A stretch of DNA of 64,000 bases from Anaeramoeba ignava BMAN (taxonomy: Eukaryota > Protista > Anaeramoebae). The notes below the pieces were generated by a model. That model saw only the letters and a list, made by a program, of their open reading frames with translations. It was not told the origin of the DNA and did no database searches. Position numbers and translations under genes: made by a program. Of the stretch, positions 51,464 to 64,000 are shown one piece after another (the first letter of the stretch is position 1; each line of letters begins with the position of its first letter). The stretch is from contig JAPDFW010000060.1 of the NCBI GenBank assembly GCA_028826165.1, forward strand, positions 1-64,000. The letters run 5' to 3'.

Positions 51464-52983
51464 ATGGTAGGATATTCATGTTGTTGGATATCATGTGGAG
51501 TTGGATTTTGTTGCTTTTTTCTGCCAGGATTTATATGGTTAATGGTAGAAGTAGTAACTCGTTCAAAATTTGTTAAAACACAATGTGAAATAACAGATAA
51601 ATATTATGTTGAATATCTTTATGATATGGATGAAGGAAAACCAACTGTTCCTCCTTCTACAACTCCTCAATATAGATTGACTAATCCTATTAATTCAAAT
51701 TATCCAAAAAATGCAACTTCTTTGCAAAAGCAACATATTTCTTCTTTTTCTCCTCATTCTGTTTCTTTAGAAAATCTTTTTGGTGCTTCTAAATGCTATT
51801 CTTCTCCAACTGACAATGTTGTTCCTTTTTTTCTTGTAAACAAAATATTTTCCTAATTTAATTTTAATTTTAATTTTAAATTTAAATTTTAATTTTAATT
51901 TTAATTTTAATTTTAATTTTTAAAAATAGTTGAAATATTATACAGATGATGGAAAAGAATATAATGAATATGCTTGTAATTTTGGAAGAGTTTGTAAGTT
52001 TTCATTCTAATAAAAATCTAATTTAAATCAATATCTTAATATTTAAAAAATGTTACTATTTAGGTTGGAGAGAAAAAGGAATAAGTTGTACAGTATGTTT
52101 TATTATTTTAATAATTTAATAATTTAATAATTTAATATTTTAATATTTTGATATTTTAATATTTTAATATTTTGGATATTTTGGATATTTTGGATAATTT
52201 GGATAATTTAATATTTTAATATTTTAATATTCACAAAAAAAAAAGAATACAAATTGTGATATAAGAATAACATCAAAAGAATGTAAAAATTGGGCAAATT
52301 TAGAAACATCCGATATTTATGAAAAATATCAAATTGGATCAACTAATTGTTGGTATAGCAAAAAATACAATGAATATGCAAGTTGTAGATTTCCATTACC
52401 CAATTTTTTATGGTCATTATTCTTTTGGATTCCACTTTTTTTTACTTGGTTACCAGGAATATGCTATATTTTATATGCTTTTTTCAAGCCAAGCAGAAAC
52501 AACGGTTCTGGATGTTGTAAAAGAAAAAGATTTCGAACTCTAGATTTAGGAGGAATTAATCCAATTGGAGCTACACATCAATTTGAAATCAGTGGACCAA
52601 CTCAAGTCACTCATAACATGTCAGTTCCAGAAACAGTTGGGAAATTAAATGAAAAAACAGATGAAATTGAATTATTTGATGAAACACCTCCAAAATTAAC
52701 AGGAAATGAAGATTTTGAGACAATGGTTCAACTTTATCGAAATCAAACAGGAAATCAAATTCAAAACCAAAATCAAAATCAAATTGAAGGAAATGATTTT
52801 ATTACTTATAATTATGAACCAAAAGGAAATGATGAAATTCCAATGGGATTTATTCAAACTCAAATCAATGAATATAATTCACCTTATAATCAACAAGAAC
52901 CTCAAACAAATGAACAGATTAATATTGGTCCTTTATATAATCCTTATTATCAAGATCCAAATCAAGGAAACAAAGAATTTTAA
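51464..52983 (+). CDS. Two-TM Cys-rich family copy 4
   Basis: Same 4-exon structure; small exon (C)WREKGISCT. Confidence 0.88.
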
Positions 52984-53153
52984 ATAATTTAAAAAAAAGC
53001 AAAAAAGAAAAGGAGAAAATTCATTTTTATATTTTATTTTCTCAATTTATTTATCATTTTTTTTCTTTCTCAAAAACAAAAAACAAAAAACAAAAAAAAC
53101 ATTTGCCATCTCCTTTTCTTTTAATTAATAATTAATAAATCTTAAAAAATAAA

Positions 53154-56028
53154 ATGGTTTCACAAAAATGTTGTAGAATTTCATTTTGTATTGCTTTTTG
53201 TTGTTTTTTTCTACCAGGATTTATTTGGTTAATGGTAGATCAAATTACTCGTTCAAAACTTGTTAAAACACAATGCCAAATAACAGATAAATATTATGTT
53301 GAATATCTTTATGATGCTTATAATGGAAGACCAAGTGTTCCTCCTTCTGCAACTCCACAATACAGATTACCTAATCCTATTAATCCAAATTCAAATTCTT
53401 CTTCTTTTTCTCCTTATTCAATTTCTTTACATAATCTTTTTGGTGATGATGGTGATGATTGTTATACTTCTCCAACAATAAATATTGTTTCTTTTTTTCT
53501 TGTAAACAAAAAATTAATTTCAAATTCAATTCAAATTAAATTTAAATTTAAAAATAAAAAATAAAGTTGGATTACACAACAAAAGATGGAAAAGGTTATA
53601 GTGAATATTCTTGTAATTTTGGAAAAGTTTGTAAGTATTAATTTCAATTTTTATTTAATAATTCAATTTATTTTCTTTTTATTAAAAATAATTTTATTTT
53701 AAATCAATAATTAGGTTGGACAGAAACAGGAACAGGTTGTAAAGTAAATTCCCAAAAATTTAATCTAAATCAAATCAAAACAAATTAAATCAAATCAAAT
53801 CAAATCAAATCAAATTAAATCAAATTAAATCAAATCAAATCAAAATCAAATCAAATCAAATTAAATCAAATCAAATTAAATCAAATCAAATTAAATCAAA
53901 TTAAATCAAATCAAATTAAATTAAATTAAATTCAAATCAAATCAAATCAAATCAAATCAAATCAAATTAAATCAAATCAAATCAAATCAAATCAAATCAA
54001 ATCGAATTAAATTAAATCAAATCAAATCAAATCAAATTAAATTAAATTAAATCAAATCAAATCAAATCAAATCAAATCAAATCAAATTAAATTAAATTAA
54101 ATCAAATCAAATCAAATTAAATTAAATTAAATCAAATCAAAATCAAATTAAATTAAATTAAATTAAATCAAATCAAATCAAATCAAATCAAATCAAATCA
54201 AATCAAATCAAATCAAATCAAATCAAATCAAATCAAATCAAATTAAATTAAAATCAAATCAAATCAAATCAAATCAAATCAAATCAAATTAAATCAAATC
54301 AAATCAAATCAAATCAAATCAAATCAAATTAAATTAAATTAAATCAAATCAAATCAAATCAAATCAAATTCAAATCAAATTAAATTAAATTAAATTAAAT
54401 TCAAATCAAATCAAATCAAATCAAATTAAATTCAAATCAAATCAAATCAAATTAAATCAAATCAAATCAAATTAAATCAAATCAAATCAAATTAAATCAA
54501 ATCAAATCAAATTAAATCAAATAAAATCAAATTCAAATCAAATCAAATCAATTCAAATCAAATCAAATAAAATTAAATTAAATTGAATTAAATCAAATTA
54601 AATCAAATCAAATCAAATTAAATCAAATTAAATCAAATCAAATCAAATTAAATTAAATCAAATCAAATCAAATTAAATCAAATTAAATCAAATTAAATCA
54701 AATTAAATCAAATTAAATCAAATTAAATCAAATTAAATCAAATCAAATCAAATCAAATTCAAATCAAATTAAATTAAATCAAATTAAATCAAATTAAATT
54801 AAATCAAATCAAATCAAATCAAATTAAATCAAATTAAATCAAATTAAATCAAATTAAATCAAATTAAATCAAATTAAATCAAATCAAATCAAATCAAATC
54901 AAATCAAATTAAATTAAATTAAATCAAATTAAATTAAATTAAATCAAATCAAATTAAATTAAATCAAATCAAATTAAATCAAATCAATTCAAATCAAATC
55001 AAATCAAATCAAATTAAATCAAATCAAATTAAATTCAAATTAAATCAAATCAAATTAAATTAAATCAAATCAAATCAAATTAAATCAAAATCAAATCAAA
55101 TCAAATCAAATCAAATCAAATCAAATCAAATTAAATTAAATCAAATCAAATCAAATTAAATTAAATTAAATTAAATTAAATTAAATTAAATCAAATTAAA
55201 TCAAATTAAATCAAATCAAATTAAATTAAATTAATTCAAATCAAATCAAATCAAATTAAATTAAATTAATTCAAATCAAATCAAATTCAATTCAATTCAA
55301 TTCAATTCAATTCAATTCAATTAAATCAAATTAAATTCAATTCAATTCAAATCAAATTAAAATAGTCAACTTCATGTGATATGAGAATATCAACCAGAGA
55401 ATGTAAAAATTTTGCAAATTTAAAAACATCAAGTATTTATGAAAAATATGATGTTGGAACAGCTGATTGTTGGTATAGTAAAGCATATAATGAATATGCA
55501 ACAATTCATTTCCCACATCCAAGTTATTTATGGTCATTATTTTTTTGGGTTCCTTGTTTCTTTTTCTGTCTTCCAGTTTTGAGTTACAAATGTAAAAAAA
55601 GGAAAAATAAGAAAATAAATTACCATTTTAGAACAAATCCAAATCCAAATCCAAATCCAATTCAAAATCAAATTCAAAATCAAGAAAATTTTGGAAATGA
55701 AACACAAGTAATGGAAGAACCACCTCCAAAATTAAAACCAAATGATAATTTTCAAACAAAAGATGAAATTTATCAAAATCAATATCAAAACCAATATCAA
55801 AATCAATATCAAAATCAAATTGAAGGAAATGATTATAATTATAATTATGAACCAACTGGAAATGATGAAATTCCAATGGAAGTTATTCAAATGCAAATCA
55901 ATGAATATAATTCACCTTATAATCAATATGTTAATCAACAAGAACCTCAAACAAATGATCAAATGAATACTGGTCCTTTATATAATCCTTATAATCAAGA
56001 TGAAAATCAAGGAAACAAAGAATTTTAA
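53154..56028 (+). CDS. Two-TM Cys-rich family copy 5 (intron 3 = 53744-55365)
   Basis: Same 4-exon structure; small exon 53715-53743 (C)WTETGTGCK. Confidence 0.88.
53765..55360. repeat. (AAATC/AAATT)n pentamer array inside copy 5 intron 3
   Basis: Direct inspection. Confidence 0.95.
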
Positions 56029-56276
56029 ATAATTTAAAAAGAAAACAAACAAAAACAAAAAAAGGAAAAATTTGCTTTTTCAATTTTCCATTTTAAATTT
56101 ATTTTCAAATTATTTTCCAATTCCAATTTATTTTTAATTTTGAAAAAAAAAAAGAATAAAAAAAAGAAGAAAATCAACAAAAAAATAATTTTTTTTGATC
56201 AAATTTTCATTTCATTTTTTTATTTTATTTTTATTTTTATTCTTTTTTTATTTTATTCAAAAAAACACAAAAGAAA

Positions 56277-58418
56277 ATGGTTGGAAAAATATGTTGTAGA
56301 ATTTTTTTTTGGATAAGTTTTTGGGCATTTTTTGTACCTCCAATGATTTGGTTAATAATTGATGTTGTAACTCGTTCAAAATTTGAATCAGCAACATGTG
56401 AAATAGTAGATAAACATTATACTCAATATAAATATGATTTTTATGATGATATTCCTGATATAAATCCTCAAACAACTCCTCAATATAGATCTCCAAATCC
56501 TTTTGCTTTAAATTCTGATTCTAATTCTGATTTTAATTCTGATCTTTCTTATTTTCTTTCTTTAAAAAATCTTTTTGGTGCTTCTTGTTATCCAACTCCA
56601 ACTTATAATTATATTTCTTTTTTTCTTGTAAAATTAAATTCAAAATCAAAATCAAAATCAAAATCAAAATCAAAATCAAAATCAAAATCAAAATCAAAAT
56701 TAAATTCAAAATCAAAATTAAATTCAAAATCAAAATTAAATTCAAAATCAAAATTAAATTCAAAATCAAAATTAAATTCAAAATCAAAATTAAATTCAAA
56801 ATCAAAATCAAAATCAAAATCAAAATTAAATTCAAAATCAAAATCAAAATTAAAATCAAAATTAAATTCAAAATCAAAATCAAAATCAAAATCAAAATTA
56901 AAATTTAATTCAAAATCAAAATCAAAATCAAAATCAAAATCAAAATTAAATTCAAAATCAAAATCAAAATTAAATTCAAAATCAAAATCAAAATCAAAAT
57001 CAAAATCAAAATCAAAATCAAAATCAAAATCAAAATCAAAATCAAAATCAAAATCAAAATCAAAATCAAAATCAAAATTAAAATCAAAATCAAAATTAAA
57101 ATTAAAATCAAAATCAAAATCAAAATTAAAATTAAAATTAAAATCAAAATCAAAATCAAAATCAAAATCAAAATCAAAATCAAAATCAAAATCAAAATTA
57201 AAATCAAAATCAAAATTAAATTCAAAATCAAATTCAAAATCAAAATCAAAATTAAAATCAAAATCAATATCAAAATCAAAATCAAAATCAAAATCAAAAT
57301 CAATATCAAAATCAAAATCAAAATCAAAATCAAAATCAAAATAAAAATCAAAATCAAAATCAAAATCAAAATTAAAATCAAAATCAAAATCAAAATCAAA
57401 ATCAAAACCAAAATTAAAATCAAAATCAAAATTAAATTCAAAAATTTAAATTAAAATCAAAATCAAATTCAAATTCAAAATCAAAATCAAGTTAAATTAC
57501 ACAACAAAAGATGGAAAAGAATATAGTGAATATGCTTGTAATTTTGGAAGACGTTGTAAGTGTTTTTTTAAATAAATTTGGAAAATAAATCCAAAAAATA
57601 AAATAATATTAAATATTAAATATTAAATAGGTTGGACTGCAACAGGAGCTTTAAATTGCAGAGTAAATCCAAAATTAAATTTAAATCCAAATTAAAATTA
57701 AAATTAAAATTTGAATTGAAATCAAATCAAAATTAAAATTTAAATCAAAATAAAAATTGGAAAAAAATAGGGACAACATTGTTCCGATAAAATATCTTCC
57801 AAAGATTGCAAAATTTTTGTAAATTTAAAAACAGATAAAGTATATGAAAAATATGATATTGGAACAGCTGATTGTTGGTATAGTAAAGCAAAAAATGAAT
57901 ATGCAACAATTCATTTCCCAATTCCAAGTTATTTATGGTCATTATTTTTTTGGGTTCCTTGTTTCTTTTTCTGTCTTCCAGTTTTGAGTTATTATTTTAA
58001 AAAAAAAACAAAAGATGAAAATCAAGTTAGAAATGTTCATCAAGCAAATCATCAACAAAATCGATTTGAAAATCATTTCCATGAACCAAAAGAAACAAAT
58101 GAGACTATTGTTATTGATGAACCACCTCCAAAAGCAACAAGAAATGATGATTTTGGAGGAATGAATCAACTTTATCAAAATTTCATGCAAAATCAAAATC
58201 AAAATCAAAATCAATTTGGAAACAATGATATTTATAATGAACCAAAAGGAAATGATGAAATTCCAATGGAAGTTATTCAAATGCAAATGGATGAATATCA
58301 ACTTGCTTTTGATAATCAACAAGAACAACAAAATCAACCTCCAATTAATCAATTTAATGCTGGTCCTTTATATAATCCTTATAATCAAGATGCAAATCAA
58401 CCAAACAGAGATTTTTAA
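56277..58418 (+). CDS. Two-TM Cys-rich family copy 6
   Basis: Same structure; the SKSK part of ORF 56277-57344 is intron-1 microsatellite; small exon (C)WTATGALNCR. Confidence 0.88.
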
Positions 58419-58611
58419 AAATCAAAATTCAAAATCAAAATTAAAATCAAAATCAAAATCAAAATCAAAAAAGAAAAGGAGAAAATTCATTTTTATATTT
58501 TATTTTCTCAATTTATTTCTCATTCTTTTCTTTCTTAAAAACAAAAAACAAAAAAAACATTTGCCATCTCCTTTTCTTTTAATTAATAATTAATTAATCT
58601 TAAAAAATAAA

Positions 58612-60204
58612 ATGGTTTCACAAAAATGTTGTAGAATTTCATTTTGGTTTGGATTTATTTTGTTTTTTCTACCAGGATTCGTTTGGTTAATGGTAGATCA
58701 AATTACTCGTTCAAAACTTGTTAAAACACAATGTGAAATAACAGATAAATATTATGTTGGATACCTTTATGATTCTTATAGTGAAAAACCAACTGTTCCT
58801 CCTTCTGCAACTCCACAATACAGATTACCTAATCCTATTAATCCAAATTCAAATTCTTCTTCTTTTTCTCCTTATTCAATTTCTTTACATAATCTTTTTG
58901 GTGATGATAATGAGGACAAAGGTTGTGATATTTCTCCAACAATAAATATTGTTTCTTTTTTTCTTGTAAACAAAAAATTCAATTCAAAATCAAAATCAAA
59001 ATCAAAATTAAAATCAAAATTAAAATCAAAATTAAAATTAAAATCAAAATCAAAATTAAAATTAAAATTAAAATTAAAATCAAAATCAAATTCAAATACA
59101 AAATCAAAATCAAAATTAAAATTAAAATCAATATCAAAATTAAAATTAAAATTAAAATTAAATTCAAAATCAAAATCAAAATCAAAATCAAGTTAAATTA
59201 CACAACAAAAGATGGAACAAAATATAGTGAATATTCTTGTAATTTTGGAAGAGTTTGTAAGTATTTATTTAAATTTTTATTTAATAATTCAATTTATTTT
59301 CTTTTTATTAAAAATAATTTTATTTTAAATCAATAATTAGGTTGGACAGAAAAAGGAACAGATTGTAAAGTAAATTTCCAAAAATTTAATCTAAATCAAA
59401 TCAAATCAAATTAAATCAAATCAATTCAATATTCAATTTTTAATATTCAATTAGGCTTCTTCATGTGATATAAAAATAACATCTCAAGAATGTAAAAATT
59501 TTGCAAATTTAGAAACAGAAGATATTTATGAAAAATATGATCCTGGAGATGCAACTTGTTGGTATAGTAAAAAATATAATGAATATGCAACAGTTCGTTT
59601 TCCATTACCCAATTTTTTATGGACATTATTTTTTTGGATTCCACTTTTTTTTACTTGCATTCCAGTATTTTTGTGGTTTAGATCCGAAAAAAAAGGTAGT
59701 TGTGATTGTTTTAAGAGTTGTGATGATGTTTGTTGTAATTGTAGATGTAATTGCAATTCAAGAAGAGGTGTAAGAAATCCACCAATTCCAAATAATCAAC
59801 CAATGGAAATTAGTGGACCAACTCAAATAACTCATAATGTATCAATTCCTGAACCAGTTGGAGAACGTGATGATATGTCAGACTCAAGTGATACAGTTGA
59901 ACCACCACCACCAAAATTAACAGGAAATGAAGATTTTGAAACAATGGTTCAAATTTATGGAAATCGAAATCAAACAGGAAATCAAACTGGAAATCAAACT
60001 GGAAATGATTATAATTATAATTATGAACCAAAAGGAAATGATGAAATTCCAATGGAAGTTATTCAAATGCAAACGAATGAATATCAACTTGCTTTTGATA
60101 ATCAACAAGAACAACAAAATCAACCTCCAATTAACCAATTTAATGCTGGTCCTTTATATAATCCTTATAATCAAGATGCAAATCAACCAAACAGAGATTT
60201 TTAA
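58612..60204 (+). CDS. Two-TM Cys-rich family copy 7
   Basis: Same structure; small exon (C)WTEKGTDCK. Confidence 0.88.
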
Positions 60205-60796
60205 AAATTAATATCAAAATCAAAACCAAAATCAAAATCAAAATCAAAATCAAAATCAAAATTAATATCAAAATTAATATCAAAATTAATATCAAAATCA
60301 AAATTAAAATTAAAATTAAAATTAAAATCAAAATCAAAATTAAAATTAAAATCAAAATTTAACAAAATTAAAATCAAAATCAAAATTAAAATTAAATTCA
60401 AAATTCAATATCAAAATCAAAATCAAATTAAAATCAAAATTAAAACCAAAATCAAAATTAAAATTAAATTCAAAATTAAAACCAAAATCAAAATTAAAAT
60501 CCAAAATTAAAACCAAAATCAAAATCAAAATTAAAATTAAAAATTAATATCAAAATTAATATCAAAATCAAAATTAAAATTAAAATCAAAATTAAAACCA
60601 AAATCAAAATTAAAATCAAATTCAAATTCAAAATTAAAATCAAAATTAAAATTCAAAATTAATAAATAAATTTAAAGTTCGAAGTTCAAATTAAAATCGA
60701 AAAAATAAATTTTCATTTTTTTCATTTTTATTTTTTTTATTCTTATTTTATTTTATTTTTTTTTAATTAAATTTTTGAATTGGCAAAAAAGTAAAA

Positions 60797-62808
60797 ATGG
60801 TAGATACAATACTTTGTCGAGTATGTTGTGGAGTTGGATTTTGTTGTTTTTTTTTACCTGCATTTATATGGTTAATGGTAGAAGTAGTAACTCGTTCAAA
60901 ATTTGAAAAAGTTGATTGTGAAATAACTGATAAATATTATGTTGAATATCTTGTTGAAGGAATATCTGATACTTATGTTCCTCCTTCTACAACTCCTCAA
61001 TATAGATTACCAAATCCTCTTGATCTTTCTCCAAAAAATGTTACTCCTTTTCATTCTTTTTCACCTCATTCTGTTTCTTTGGAAAATCTTTTTGGTGCAA
61101 ATTGTATTCCAAGACCTACTATTAACTATATTTCTTTTTTTGAAGTAACATTCTTTTTTCAATTTAAAATTCAAATCAAAATTAAAATTAAAATTAAATT
61201 CAAAAATTAAAATTAAAATCAAAAATTAAAATTAAAATCAAAAATTAAAATTAAAATTAAAATCAAAATCAAAATCAAAATCAAATTAAAATTAAAATCA
61301 AAATTAAAATTAAAATTAAAATCAAAATTAAAATCAATTTCAAAATTCAAATCAAAATTAAATTCAAATTCAAAATCAAAATCAAAATTAAAATCAAAAT
61401 CAAAATTAAAATTAAAATTAAATTCAAAATCAAATTTAAAATTAAAATTAAAATTAAAATCAAAATCAAAATTAAAATCCAAATCAAATTCAAAATCAAA
61501 ATCAAATTCAAAATTAAATTCAATTTAAAATTAAAATTCATTTATAAAATTAAAATTAAAATTAAATTCAAAAATTATAATTAAAATTAAAATTAAAATC
61601 AAAATTAAAATTAAAATTAAAATTAAATTCAAAAATTAAATTCAAAATCAAAATTAAATTCAATTTAAAATTAAAATCAAAATTAAAATCAAAATTAAAA
61701 TCCAAATTAAAATCAAAATTAAAATTAAAATCAAAATAAAAATCAAATTTAATTTTAATTTTAATATTAATATTAAAGGTGGATTACACAACAAAGGATG
61801 GAACAAAATATAATGAATATGCTTGTAATTTTGGAAGACGTTGTAAGTATTTTTATATATTATTTTATAAATAAATCCAAAAAAATAAATGGAATAAAAA
61901 TAAATTTGGAAAATAAATCAAAAAATAAAATAGGTTTTACAAGAAGAGGAACTGGTTGCAAAGTAAATTTTCAAAAAAAAAAAATAAATAAATTCAATTC
62001 AATTACATGAAATCAAATCTAAAAAAAAATTTATTTTTAATTCAAATAAAAAAATTAGTCTTCAAATTGTGATGTGAAAATAACATCTCAAGAATGTAAA
62101 AATTTTGCAAATTTAGAAACAGATGATATGTATGAAAAATATGATCCTGGAGATGCAACTTGTTGGTATAGTAAAAAATATAATGAATATGCAACAGTTC
62201 ATTTTCCATTACCCAATTTTTTATGGTCATTATTTTTTTGGATTCCACTTTTTTTTACTTGCATTCCAGTATTTTTGTGGTTTAGATCTAAAACCAAAGG
62301 TAGTTGTGATTGTTTTAAGAGTTGTGATGATGTTTGTTGTAATTGTAGATGTAATTGCAATTCAAGAAGAAGTGTAAGAAATCCACCAATTCCAAACAAC
62401 CGACCAATGGAAATTAGTGGACCAACTCAAATAACTCATAATGTATCAATTCCTGAACCAGTTGGAGAACGTGATGATATGTCAGACTCAAGTGATACAG
62501 TTGAACCACCACCACCAAAATTAACAGGAAATGAAGATTTTGAAACAATGGTCCAAATTTATGGAAATCGAAATCAAACTGGAAATCAAACTGGAAATCA
62601 AACTGGAAATGATTATAATTATAATTATGAACCAACTGGAAATGATGAAATTCCAATGGAAGTTATTCAAATGCAAATGAATGAATATAATTCACCTTAT
62701 AATCAATATTATAATCAACAAGAACCTCAAACAAATGATCAAATGAATGCTGGTCCTTTATATAATCCTTATAATCAAGATTCAAATCAAGGAAACAAAG
62801 AATTTTAA
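60797..62808 (+). CDS. Two-TM Cys-rich family copy 8
   Basis: Same structure; small exon (C)FTRRGTGCK. Confidence 0.88.
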
Positions 62809-63037
62809 ATAATTTAAAAACAAAAACAAGAAAAGAAAAATTTTCTTTTTCAATTTTCCATTTTAAATTTATTTCCAAATTATTTTCCAATTCCAATTTA
62901 TTTTTAATTTTGAAAAAAAAAAGAGAGAAGAAAACCAACAAAAAAATAATTTTTTTTGATCAAATTTTCATTTCATTTTTTTATTCTTATTTTTATTCTT
63001 TTTTTGTTTTATTTTTTGAATAGGCAAAAAAGTCAAA

Positions 63038-64000
63038 ATGGTTTCGCCACATTTTTGTATGAATTCTTTTCGTATTGCTTTTTGTTGTTTTTTTTTACCT
63101 GCATTTATATGGTTAATAATTGATGTTGTAACTCGTTCAAAATTTGAAAAAGTTGATTGTGAAATAACTGATAAATATTATGTTGAATATCTTGTTGAAG
63201 GAATAACAGATACTTATGTTCCTTCTTATACAACTCCTCAATATAGATTACCAAATCCTCTTGATCTTTCTCCAAAAAATGTTACTCCTTTTCATTCTTT
63301 TTCACCTCATTCTGTTTCTTTGGAAAATCTTTTTGGTGCAAATTGTTTTCCAAGACCTACTATTAACTATATTTCTTTTTTTCAAGTAACATTCTTTTTT
63401 CAATTTAAAATCCAAATTCAAAATCAAAATCAAAATTAAAATCAAAATTAAAATTAAAATTAAAATCAAAAAATATAGTTAAATTACACAACAAAGGATG
63501 GAACAAAATATAGTGAATATGCTTGTAATTTTGGAAGACGTTGTAAGTGTTTTTATATATTATTTTATAAATAAATCCAAAAAAAATGGAATAAAAATAA
63601 ATTTGGAAAATAAATCAAAAAATAAAAATAAAATAGGTTTTACAAGAAGAGGAACTAGTTGCAAAGTAAATTTCCAAAAATAAATAAATAAATTCAATTT
63701 AATTACATGAAATCAAATCTAAAAAAAAATTTATTTTTAATTCAAATAAAATTAGTCTTCAAGTTGTGATAAAAAAATAACATCTCAAGAATGTAAAAAT
63801 TTTGCAAATTTAGAAACAGATGATATGTATGAAAAATATGATCTTGGAGATGCAACTTGTTGGTATAGTAAAAAATATAATGAATATGCAACAGTTCATT
63901 TTCCATTACCCAATTTTTTATGGTCATTATTTTTTTGGGTTCCACTTTTTTTTACTTGCATTCCAGTATTTTTGTGGCTTAGATCCGAAAAAAAAGGTAG
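63038..64000 (+). CDS. Two-TM Cys-rich family copy 9 (truncated by the window end)
   Basis: Exons 1-3 and the start of exon 4 through TM2 are present. Confidence 0.85.

Noticed and set aside
1-64000. tRNA, rRNA, snRNA genes or autonomous retroelements
   Set aside because: No GC-rich structured segments or RT/integrase motifs are recognisable by eye; small ncRNAs cannot be excluded without Infernal or tRNAscan.

Overview
Extremely AT-rich, gene-dense eukaryotic (protist) genomic DNA with GT-AG spliceosomal introns and the standard genetic code. The (NQ)n tracts, RCC1-BTB gene and TCATTT initiator-like motif suggest an anaerobic metamonad such as Anaeramoeba (inference only). Most short ORFs in the track are artefacts of AAAATC/AAAATT microsatellites. 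Genes reconstructed by hand, in order: a ~10 kb frameshifted RNF213/mysterin-like gene with degenerate AAA motifs; Tim17; a TALE homeobox gene; an acidic-repeat membrane protein; a U-box-like/GATase-like protein; an ABHD17-like hydrolase; a 160-bp and 12-bp satellite block; an intron-containing, probably inactive Zator-like transposase with HMG-like and C2H2 domains; a CBP20-like RRM protein; a TOM1/GPR137-like membrane protein; PARP1 (catalytic loop split into 3-, 13-, 17- and 46-nt exons); REX4; and CWC22. From 43.4 kb to the window end lies a tandem array of at least 9 four-exon genes for two-TM, Cys-rich, BK-beta(KCNMB)-like membrane proteins. The copies are mosaics of one another, and an intronless RCC1-BTB gene interrupts the array. 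All family assignments come from motif recognition by eye, not database searches.
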